64,000 nt of DNA from Antedon mediterranea. Taxonomy: Eukaryota; Animalia; Echinodermata. Shown one piece after another: positions 23,901 to 35,003 of this stretch. The stretch is taken from the NCBI RefSeq assembly GCF_964355755.1, contig NC_092672.1, positions 5,456,001 to 5,520,000 on the forward strand, in the 5' to 3' direction. The notes under the pieces were generated by a model that worked only from the letters and a program-made list of their open reading frames with translations, was not told the DNA's origin and searched no databases. Both the position numbers and the translations under genes were made by a program. Each line of letters opens with the position of its first letter. Position 1 is the first letter of the stretch.

Positions 23901-26900
23901 TAATAATGTAAGTTGATGCATACTAAAATCAATGCCAATTTTAGGTTATTTAAGCTTGGTTCCCACTAGGGACGCAACTGAATGACACAAGTTGAACATA
24001 AGTAATTTGACCAATCACAAGCTATGGATTATTCAAACTGTCGCCTGTCATTGGTCAACTTTACTTGCATTGTGTCTACATCCTTGTGTATCTAGTTAGA
24101 ACCAGGCTAGGTAAAGGCAAAGGTTATATTAACTTCTACACCGTACATACACATGATAGCTTGTGTGTGAAGTAAGGTAAGGATATAATAAGTTTACAGA
24201 TCATAATTACTGTAGATGAGGTTCTATGTCATGGAAAAAAGTGTGCAGATTTGTTCTACCTGGTAAGGTAAGTATAAGGGAAAAGGATACCTACTGGGTA
24301 GCTGTTCAGATTAGCAATTGTGGTTTTTAGTGGTGTTGTATTTGCTATTTCAAGCGTTCCATCAAGCTTTTGTATACTGTTTATTCTAGAAAAAAAGTTT
24401 TTGTTGGAAATTTTTAAGTGCTGTCAGGTTTGAGTTGGTAATAATTTAGATTTATATAGGTCTGTAAATAAAAAAAAATAATTAAAAAAAAGGATTCAAG
24501 TTTAGGATGTCAGACAACAAACATACCAGTAATTGTTAAAGTACATAAGAAGTTTTAGCATTGAAAGACACAATAGTGGGACTTGAAATGAATACTTGAG
24601 ACATCTAGCACCTAAATTGAGATAGAGAAAAACAAGACAGATAGCAAGTGTGACAGTTTGTTGAATTCTTTTATAGATTAGGCACTCAGAGACACTTTTG
24701 GGCCAACCTACAAAAAACACATCATCATACAGTACCTACTATATTGCTCTTACCATCATTTACAATGCATTGATTAAGCAAATATATTTTATGCAATTCT
24801 ATATTAATGTTCGTATCTTATTCTACTTTATATCCCATCTTGTTTAACATTACTAATCCATGCAAATTCATACTGGATTCTTATTACCAATGAAGCTTCT
24901 GTTTTTGGTATCATTTCTGCATTTCATTTTCATCATGCCAATAGGCTAGTCATGTCATAGGCTGCCATTCTGACGTTCCTTAGCCATCTGCTTGGCTTGC
25001 ATAGTCTGCCTACAAATTGTAGAAATGCCCTGTACTTTGTATCAACCTCTACTTGGGTCTGGTCAGGTAAAGATGATGGGTGATCTAGGCCTGATGGCAC
25101 TTCAAGTACCAGATACATATGGTGGATCTGATCTAGATACTATGTCTTATGCCATTGCGATGGAGGAGATCAGCCGAGGGTGTGCAGCAACAGGGACAAT
25201 TTTAAGTGCTCACAATGTAAGTACCATATTGACTGCTATGAAAGAAACCAACGGCAACCGGTAAGATATTAATCATTATTGGTAGCCTAGGTCTGTATGC
25301 ATATGTATTTGTACTACTGTATGTCTCCAGTCAATACTATGAAAGAGGTCAGGTCATTGCTGTACATTTTGAGACTAGATGTGATTGATTTTGGTGTACA
25401 GCATTCATGTGTGTAAGTATACCTCATTTGTGAGTTTTTATTATTAGTGAATCTTAATATAAAATGTATAAAAACAAAAAATGTAAATAAAAATAAAATA
25501 CATGTAAAAACATATTGAACTATAAACACAATTGAATCTATGTGTACAACAATTTTTATTTAAACGTGAACTCATAACTGACTTTGATATGAATGTAAAG
25601 GAACATCATTAACAATATGACATCAACAACCATATGAATGACATCAACAACCATATGAATGACATCAACAACCATATGAGTGACATCATCAACCATCTGA
25701 TGAAGTGTATCCAGTAAGTCAGATACACAGAATTTTGCTTTCATACAAGGGTTAAATCGAATGAATTATTTTGATAATAGTTGTTTTTTAGTGAAAACAC
25801 TTCCTTTTCTTTCACTTGCAGTCATTATATTTATCACCAATAATGGAATTTGGAAATGAAGAACAAAAACAGAAATATATATCACCTTTTGTGGATGGCA
25901 GTCGTGTCGGTTGCTTTGGTCTAAGTGAACCAGGTATTGTAGAACCATTACATATCCAATATATTATTTAAGTAAATGTGGGGATAGCCTAAAACCCTAC
26001 CTTTCAACTTTTCTTTCTATGGTATTTTGTCTGCCAGACCATTCCATTTCAAAACTGAATGTAAATCAATATTATTCAGACAGTAATAAATATTATTTGT
26101 GACCAAATATGAATTTTAAGCATTACTATTATTATGATATTGCACTGAAGAAGAGTTTAGTGTTATCCAAAAGTTCTGCAACGTTTTAGCTTTCTGATTA
26201 TTTTATTTGTATCTCCATCCAGCCACTACTGATACCCACAGCATTTTCTTTTGATTTATAATTATGATATTATAAACAGTTAACTTTAAAATGTAACTGA
26301 TACACTGTTGAATAATTATTTAAATCAAAATAACAGCCATAACTGTCCAATCAGATGTCAGAATGTCACCGACCAATAAAATAACCAGCTTCTTTGAATT
26401 CTTACTTGAACCAACTCTTTTAGGTAATGGCAGTGATGCAGGCGCAGCGTCCACTACAGCACATCTGGATGGTGATCACTGGGTCTTGAATGGAACCAAG
26501 GCATGGATTACCAACGGGTATGAGAGCGAGGCCTCTGTCGTGTTTGCCACAACAGATAGAAATTTAAAACACAAGGTAATAAAATACAGTAGAACTCCTA
26601 TTAATGGGACATTTTTAGAACCAAAAATTTATTTTAAAATATAAATTTCCCCTCATTCTTTTCAGATAAATGTCCTGGTTGTTTTGTGTTGATTTGTCGT
26701 GTCCCATGTCCCGCTTGTCTTTGTCCCTTTGTTTAATGTCTGAGGCAGACCCTTTTCAAGGGTCCTGTATCTGGGAACCTGCTTTTTCCCAGATTTATTG
26801 TTATTTTTCTATGTTATTTCTTAATATTCCATTATTGTTTAAATCTTAAAAGGAAGTAAATAAATGTTATTTTGAATTGAGTGCAAGGTGTCCCCTTAAA

Positions 26901-28993
26901 AAAAGTGGTGTTTTCATAAGGAATAGTCTAAAAAAAAAAGGTCTAATAAACTTTGGTAATATCATGTATTTAATTCATCAATATGCCTTTGATTTTTAAT
27001 ATCCAGGGTATTAGTGCTTTTATTGTTCCAAAGCCCATTGATGGGTTATCACTGGGTAAGAAAGAAGACAAGCTAGGAATCCGGGCTACGTCTACTACAT
27101 ACCTTATATTTGAAGATTGTAGAATACCAAAAGAGAATCTTTTAGGAGAACCTGGATTTGGATTTAAAATTGCTATGGTAAGTTTATGATAATTATTACA
27201 GTACCTCCTCTAAGGAGGTTATGTTTTCATGTATGTTTTTTTTATTATTTTTTTTAAAAACTTTATTTAATGAGGGTGACATGCATGAGGCCCTCAACAA
27301 TGTGTGTATGTTTCTTTATTTCTATATTTGTTCATTAGCAAGATTACTCAAAAAGTTATTGCCCAATTTTCATAAAAATTGTAAAAGATGATTTCATAGC
27401 TGTATGGAAACACGTCATTAAATTTTCAATGCCTAGGCAAAGGTTTGTGCTCTTTGAGTGTAGTTCTAGTTTAAAAATAGATTTATTATGTATAACTGTT
27501 ATTTTTTTATGCATTGGTTATTTTTTTTATGTTTATTTTTTATTCTAACTCTTTTATATATTTATTTATATTGGTTCTTTTTAGACAACTCTGGATGCAG
27601 GTAGGATAGGAATTGCAGCGCAAGGTGTTGGTATTGCACAGGTTGGTTGAAGTCATCTGCCTTCTTTTACTTAATAAATACAGTGGCGTAACGGCTATGA
27701 ACGATCACTGGCTAAACCCAGGAGCCCGGAGCTTATGGGGGCCCCTGAGCAGTGCTCAGAGAAAAATCAGGCATTAAAATATGTCGAAAAGGGATAACAC
27801 TGCTCGATCCCTCCAGCGTTGGAGGGCCACTTAGGGTTCCTAAACAAGGGTCCTCAGGTCTCCGATTAAGTAGCTTTATTCTTAACTTGAGCTTTTCTTT
27901 TTACAGGCTGCCCTGGATTGTGCTATTGATTATGCAGCGAAGCGTGAAGCATTTGGAGCTCCGATAAGTAAGATGCAAATGATACAATCCAAGCTAGCTG
28001 ATATGGAGGTTAAAGTTCAAAGTTCACGGTTATTGACCTGGCAAGCTGCTGCATTCAAAGATGCAGGACTGAATTTTACAAAAGTAAGTGTATTAACTTG
28101 TGGAGAAGGTAGTGAATAAAAAAAGGATGTGTTTTTTAGATATAGTTATTTAATTCGTTAGACGTATTTTGGTAAAAATCAATAGGTTGTTAAGACAAGC
28201 AATCACTTCTAAACAGGTCTGCATCATTGTATTTTGTTTTGTGTTAATGTGATGACATAATTGTAATTCAATGGAATACAGTATTGGCTAATATGAGAGT
28301 AAAGAAGAGTAGGGGATCATGGGTCCATAGAGGGCCTAATCCGAAATTAAATATCATCTGTATATACAATTTTTTACGTTAAAACAGTATACATATTTAT
28401 GTTTTGACTTGTTGTCAACAAGTCTTTATCTGGCAATGACTAAATGTTAGTGGTTGCTAGTTGTAGAGCATTCGTAAACTTGGTAAACTAAAGATGAAAA
28501 CATTTTTCGCAGGATAAATACATTTACCTTTAATACTTTTTGGCAATTTATTTTGTAATAGGAGGCAGCAATGGCCAAACTAGCAGCATCAGAAGCAGCA
28601 ACCTTCAATGCACATCAGGTAATGTGTTACTGAATATGATATACTGATAATAATACTGATAAGCAATAATCTGATCATTATGTTCTCGTCAACACTTTTG
28701 TGCAGCATTTAAGTACGCTTTCATTGCCATATTTTATTTGCATGCATAAACAAAAATAAACAACTTAGCATCTTTGCCCTGTAATCTTCATACAAAATAT
28801 ATTTGTTCCATTGCTCATTGTGTTTTATTTTTAGGCCATTCAAGTACTCGGTGGAATGGGTTACGTAACGGATATGCCTGCGGAGAGGCACTACAGGGAC
28901 GCTAGAATCACAGAAATATATGAAGGAACTAGTGAAATTCAACGACTGGTTATTGCTGGACAACTTTTAAAAGAGTTTTCTCAGAAAGTTTAA
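20901..28993 (+). CDS. ACADS: Short-chain acyl-CoA dehydrogenase, mitochondrial
   Basis: Exons 20901-20970, 22363-22514, [23708-23857 or 25067-25216], 25822-25933, 26424-26575, 27007-27177, 27585-27641, 27907-28083, 28562-28618, 28835-28993. Motifs: [38 protein letters not shown], and the catalytic [14 protein letters not shown]. Confidence 0.97.
22519..22641. mobile_element. MITE family A copy inserted in the ACADS intron-2 donor site
   Basis: TAA TSD at 22516-22518 and 22642-22644. Confidence 0.8.
23708..23857 (+). CDS. ACADS: ACADS exon 3a (canonical SCAD-type)
   Basis: cag|GTG...AAT|gtaagt, 150 nt, encoding [50 protein letters not shown]. Confidence 0.95.
23951..24108. mobile_element. 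MITE family B copy between ACADS exons 3a and 3b
   Basis: AAGCTTGGTTCCCACTAG...CTAGTTAGAACCAGGCT. Confidence 0.65.
25067..25216 (+). CDS. ACADS: ACADS exon 3b (alternative, probably mutually exclusive with 3a)
   Basis: cag|GTA...AAT|gtaagt, 150 nt, same phase as 3a, encoding [50 protein letters not shown]. Confidence 0.85.
25615..25700. repeat. 21-bp minisatellite, about 4 copies
   Basis: Unit ATGACATCAACAACCATATGA. Confidence 0.85.
27681..27860. mobile_element. hAT-like MITE (family D), partial copy
   Basis: CAGTGGCGTAACGGCTATGA...CACTGGCTAAACCCAGG, homologous to 59410-59578. Confidence 0.6.
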
Positions 28994-29389
28994 TTGATCC
29001 AACGATCTCACATTTACCTCAGTGGACGCAAGAATACATAAATTAAATAAATTATTAAGAAGATTATATTGATGAATGATGTACGGACATAAAATCATTA
29101 ACTTTGATTGTGTGAGATGACTGCACCTTATTTTGTCACAGTCATTAAATCCATCTATAGTGATTCACTGTGTGTAATCTTGACCACTGTGGTTTAGTGG
29201 TCAAGATACTTGTTTGAATGCAGAATACAGATTTTTAACTAACCAAAATAAACCTGAAATATGTATGTTTATTGTATATTGTAATTAGCACAATACATTA
29301 TAAATATAAAAATTATTTATCAATTTAATGTCTGGAGTTAAATTTGCTTTTTAAAATCATTACTCATTATTTTGCTTACAAAAATTATG

Positions 29390-30560
29390 AAAATTATGAA
29401 CCCTTTATTTTTTTTACATAAGTAGTTACTATAAAATATTACACAATATATTTGCATTATATATAAATATTATCGCATAAGAATTCCCTAAAAATGGCCA
29501 AATTTGATTTGATTACTCAATATATATGCATATATTGTAATATTATTGTGTAATAATTTATAGTTAATAGTTTTTCCTTACTAGGCCTATTAGTGACATT
29601 TTTAAAAAATTGCCAAATTTCGACCCTTTTCTTTTTTGACATAACTAGTTACTATTGCTCTATAAAATGATGATAACACAATATATGTGCATATATGGCA
29701 ATATTATTGCATAATTATTGAATTTTAAAAAGTGGATATTTTGACCATTTTTTTAAAAAATCCCTGTACTATAGTACAGGGAAATTTTCGAAAAATCGCC
29801 GATTTTCGACCCTTTTATTTTTTGACATAAATGGTTACTATTGCATAATAAACATGCGCAGAGACAAATAATAGGTTCTGCGCATGTCAATTGTGCTATA
29901 GTAACCAGTTTTGACATAAATGGTTACTATAGCATAATAAACATGCGCAGAGTAGACTAATGGGTTCTGTGCATGTTAATTGTGCTATATAGTAACCAGT
30001 TTTATCGAAAAATTAAAAGGTCGAAAATTACCCATTTTTTGAAAAAATCCCTGTACTATAGTACAGGAAATCTTCGAAAAATTACCAAATTTCGACCTTT
30101 TTATTTTTTAACATAACTAGTTACTAAGATGATGATAACACAATATATGTGCATATATGGCAATATTATCGCATAATTATTGAATTTTAAAAAGTATATA
30201 TTTTGGCCGTTTTTTCGAAAAATCACTGTACTATAGTAAAGGGACATTTTCGAAAAATGACCAAATTTCAACCCTTTTATTTTTCGACATAACTAGTTAC
30301 TATTGCTCTATAAGATGATGATAACAATATATATTCGCATATATGGCAATATTATCGCATAATTATTGAATTTTAAAAAGTCCGGGATATTTTTTATTGT
30401 TTGACATAATTGGTATAACATAATATACATAATTACATGTGTATACCACATTATGTGCGTCTGAGCATGTCAATTTATGATATGGTAACTAATTAAAAGG
30501 GTCAAAATTTGGCACATTTTCGAATAAAATATCTGTACTATCAAGTACAGGGATTACAAA
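29390..30560. repeat. Complex tandem/inverted repeat with palindromic nodes
   Basis: Recurring TTTCGACCCTTTT...ACATAACTAGTTACTA blocks in both orientations; palindrome CCCTGTACTATAGTACAGGG and variants near 29760, 30048, 30223 and 30533. Confidence 0.75.
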
Positions 30561-30999
30561 AAAACATATTTTTATTTTAATTTTAAAAAAAAAGGAGTGG
30601 GTCGCAAATCGGTACAGGTATCTTTACTAGTGGTGTCATAACAATAAATAGACAATACAGTTTTTTATTTAACTAGGAAAATTTCAACCCTCTTAATTTA
30701 ATAAAAAATGTGACTAAGTACATCTTCAAACAGTTGCTGAAAACCCTTTCTTTCGCATAACATATGAAATGACGTCATTTCTACCTACCTCCAGCCTTGT
30801 GGTCGTAGCGCTTTAGAAAAAAATTATTTTGGTTAGGCGCTATACAAAAGACAATTATTATTATACATGGATACGATGACATCATATCACTACCATATTT
30901 GGTCATATCACTACCATATTTGGGCACCTCACACATTTTTTTTGTCAAACTAGTTTGATAGTGTAGATAGAGCAGGAATTGATAATCAAAATAATATTT

Positions 31000-33900
31000 T
31001 TATAATCCAAATTTGGATTTATATTTATTTAACATTTCTAAAGTTATAGAACATCCTCCACAAACAATGACCACTGCTGATTGGATAACAGTTTGTAACT
31101 TGCCCTGCTCTTGTAGTTTTGGTATTACATTGCTATAGATACCAGCGAGGGCGGCACCACATGCTGGCTCTACTAGAATTCTATGTTCATCTATAAAGTA
31201 TAGAACAAATTTGAAATTTAATTCTCAATATTATTATTTATTATTACTATTCACATGCATGCATTATGGTGGCTTGTTGAACCGTTTTATCATTCACTAG
31301 ATTTTCCATGATATCTCAATATACAAATAATGAATATTTATGAATGCAATAGTATAAATATTTTCATGGTGAGAATAGCACATTTCATTATTCACTGAAT
31401 GTAAATATTTGTTCCATTGCACGAATATAAACAAGTAGATTATTGTTTATTTTGAGGAGGGTCACGATTGCATATAACAAGAACGACCACTCATATATCA
31501 ATCCACTTGATGTTGTATGAGTTCAATGGAGCATGTATTTTATATCATGTTACCCACAATCATCAAATCAAATAATAACAATCTACTAAAGATAAAGATG
31601 ATGTATAAAATGAACATGGTCAGTCATTTTACTATAGATTGGTTTTGACTGGATAATTTTTTGACTTATATTGTGTGCAAATGTGTATGAGACGAGATGA
31701 AAAATGTGATGTGCTCATATGGACAGGATGATGTCATATATATAGAAGTCAGAACAAAGTAGTGTCCTACCTGTGAACCTGAGACAAGCATCAACAGCCT
31801 CCTTATCAGATATGACAACTGAATGCACCTCATGCTGACTGTAATAATCAAGGGCTTGCTGACATGCAGTCAGTGCTCCAAGACACTTGGCAACACTATA
31901 TAAAAATATGAAAGATTATGAAGAGGCATATAGAAGCTATTGCAGTGTGTTGAAAAGGCATACCACTGGTGCCTGATTAGACCCTCTACAGACCCACACT
32001 ATTCTTTCACCTTGGTTATATTAGATGTTTTGCCCTATTCTAACCAATGCCATCTAACAACAGGATGCTGAGCTCTGGAGATCAAAGGGTTTATCTGTGG
32101 CTGCGACATGATCAGTTCCATGCCCCTTAACAGACACCGCGCACCACATAGAACATGTACATAGTATAGTACTGTTGGTATTTGTCGCAGCCAGACATAA
32201 GATCAAAGGAATGTTACGATCGAGTTCCTATCTTAGCAAGGCGAGCTCAGTTTCCTGTTGTTAGATTGCCTGGTTCTGACATACATTGTATTTTATACCA
32301 ATTACAATTCAGAACATGCAAGTGATTTGAGTGGAACTTGACCCCACAACATCTAGAACACAAGCCTGGCAATCATATGTCTAGACCACCAAGATTGCAT
32401 TGATATCAAGCCCAATTTTAGCTCCCGATACAAAGTTACTTTGCAGTTTGTATAATACATACCTTGTTATGTCGTCTAGTGTTACCAACTCGCCTTTCTT
32501 AACAGCTGCATTGTAACAATCGGCTCCAACAGTCTCAATAGTAATGACAGGTACATCATTCCATCCAACCTTCTTTAAGCCCTCGATCACGCCACAAAAC
32601 AGACCACCACCTCCAACAACTGTTATCAGCACATCAGGCTTATGGGTCATGTCGTCTGCTATTTCTTCAATCATTGAACTATGACCCTGCCTGGGAGTAC
32701 AAGAATGATAAATTAGAAATGTATCAAAAAGTCAGTCTTTTTCATAACTAACAAAAATATATAAGGTAAACTAATACTATATATCAATGTATAGGTGTCT
32801 TAGTCTTAAGCTCTGTCTACACTATCAAACTAGTTTAAAAAAGTGTGCCCAAATATGGTAGTGATATGACATCACCATGTCCATATATGGCCACATCACA
32901 TGTTTTTGTCACATAAAGTTTGATAGTGTAAACAGAGCTTTAGAGGTACTCTTACCATATATCTGGATGATCAAAGGGGTGAATAATGGTGCCGTTTGAC
33001 TGACTAGCAATTTCTAACGCTCTTTTGTTTGCTTCGTCCCACACCTAAAACAACACAAATACAATCGGATTTTAGTTGACAGTACACGAAAATTACATAC
33101 TATATACATATTAAATTTATTCAGGTATATAGTAAAAACATGCAGCCAGAAGTCTGAAATTGTTGATTTAAAAAATATATTATTATTATTACAACTTGTA
33201 ATACCTTTCCATGATATTCTACTGTTGCGTTCTCATCTCTTAATTTTTGAGCTACAAATTCTGGTGTGCTTTTTGGTATGACAACTGTCGCTTTGACGCC
33301 AAGCTTTCTGGCTGCATAAGCTGCTGCTATCCCAGCATTCCCACCTGTATTTTACAACAATTCACAGCAAATTGTTTCACACACATTTATTTCAATGTTA
33401 TTGTTAGGCAGTAAATGTTGTATATCTATCCATTACAGTTGTATAAAGCTCTGTCTACACTATCAAACTCGTTTGACAACAAAAGTGTGTGCCCAAATAT
33501 GGTAGTGATGTGGCCAAGTGGTATGACATGTCCATTTGGGCACATCACATTTTTTTGTCACATAAAGTTTGATAGTGTAGACAGAGCTTTAGAGCAGAAA
33601 TACATGACAAAATAAATGATCTAACAACTTGAATAATTTGAACTTACCTGATGAAGAGACAATATGCTTTGAGCCTTTCTCAATTGCCTAAAAAAACAAA
33701 TACAAACATTTGAGCATAACTAGTAGGCTCTATTTACAATATTATGTTCGTACAGCATACTATACAGTTGATTCTATCCTTTTGCTTATACTCATAGAAG
33801 GCGAAATATTTATACAGTACCAATATGGACAACACCTATTTAGAGGATACCCTATTATAAAAGTTACACTTTGTTGAGTTCAAAAGGTGTCACTTTAAAA

Positions 33901-34224
33901 TAGAGTAAAAAAGTTTCAGTTTTTGTGAATGCATTTCGAAGCAGGGCAGGTGGGGTGAAGTATTTTCTTAAATATTAATTATATTAAATTATATGTATGT
34001 ATGTATGGATTGGTGGAATAAAATGTTATATTATACATTATCAAATAAGTGATCAAATAATTTACCTTTTTACATAAGTTTGAAATGCCACGTATTTTGA
34101 ATGATCCAGTGGGTTGGGTGTTTTCAAGTTTTAAATAAACTTTAAACGGAGCATGTTTAGAGAGTGCAGTGCTTTCTATCAATGGTGTACGAACATATAG
34201 CTGCTGTTTCTGTTTATCACTCAT
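31000..34224 (-). CDS. SDS: L-serine/threonine dehydratase (SDS/SDSL-like, PLP-dependent)
   Basis: Exons 34224-34066, 33687-33648, 33344-33205, 33044-32956, 32690-32463, 31895-31771, 31190-31000. Motifs: PLP lysine in KLENTQPTGSFKIRG, SSGGNAG, HPFDHPDIWQGH, VGGGGL, EPACGAALA and VIVCGG. Confidence 0.93.
32042..32275. mobile_element. MITE-like element with ~33-bp imperfect inverted repeats
   Basis: ATCTAACAACAGGATGCTGAGCTC versus GAGCTCAGTTTCCTGTTGTTAGAT. Confidence 0.6.
32809..32939. mobile_element. MITE family A copy
   Basis: Both TIRs present with TTA flanks. Confidence 0.8.
33447..33588. mobile_element. MITE family A copy
   Basis: Perfect terminal AGCTCTGTCTACACTATCAAACT inverted pair. 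Confidence 0.85.
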
Positions 34225-35003
34225 TTTGGAATACGTCTGTCGAGATTATATAATTATTGATTTAGGCCTAGGCCTATATAAAAATAAATATGTATCACTG
34301 TATAGTTACTTAATATCTATTTAATGTATTGTGTATTATGACATTATTTGCTATTATAACGCAAAGAATGTCAAGCCAGGCCTGTGCATGCCTAACTAGA
34401 CTGTAGGACACTCACGTCCACGACCACCACCAGTTACAGACTGCATTCCTCAATTATAGGCCTAAATAATATTAATATAGGCCCTAGGCCTAGGCCTAGC
34501 CTAGATCATAGGGCCTGGCTACCCTCCTTCGCTTAGCTGGCCTTATAACTCTGTTTGGCTAGCTCAATCATATACATATTAGGAATGAATAATGAGGCCT
34601 AGTAGTAGGCTTCACACCATTATAAATATGAAGAAAATGAAAAACTTCGACTATGAACTTACACACTTTATTAATCGATCAATTTGTTTGAAAACTGCGC
34701 CCTCATCTAGGTACCACAAATTATGTAATTAGGTGATGACGTAGTACGGTGATTCCCCCACCCAACACTCCGCCACTTCCTGGTCACTGCCACATGATGT
34801 AATATTATATTAATAAACTAAATTACTGTACTACAATGTAAATTAACCAGACCGTAATAATGAAAGGGGTAGACGGAAACTTAACTTAAAAAAACATTTA
34901 ATTGTTACTGGTATTTACTTGGTGTTAAATACAGTTTTAGATAAAGAGGAAATCCATACTTAGACTAGACAAGCACCACGACGAAGAAGTCGCATAAATC
35001 GTT
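34225..35003. promoter_or_regulatory. Probable bidirectional promoter region between SDS and UNC93A
   Basis: Divergent start codons 780 bp apart; GC-richer patch with ATGACGTA and CACTTCCTGG (CRE- and ETS-like) at about 34735-34785. Confidence 0.45.

Noticed and set aside
25067-25216. Exon 3b as an assembly duplication or part of a second ACADS gene
   Set aside because: Only 62% amino-acid identity with heavy synonymous divergence and unrelated flanks; no other ACADS exon is duplicated.
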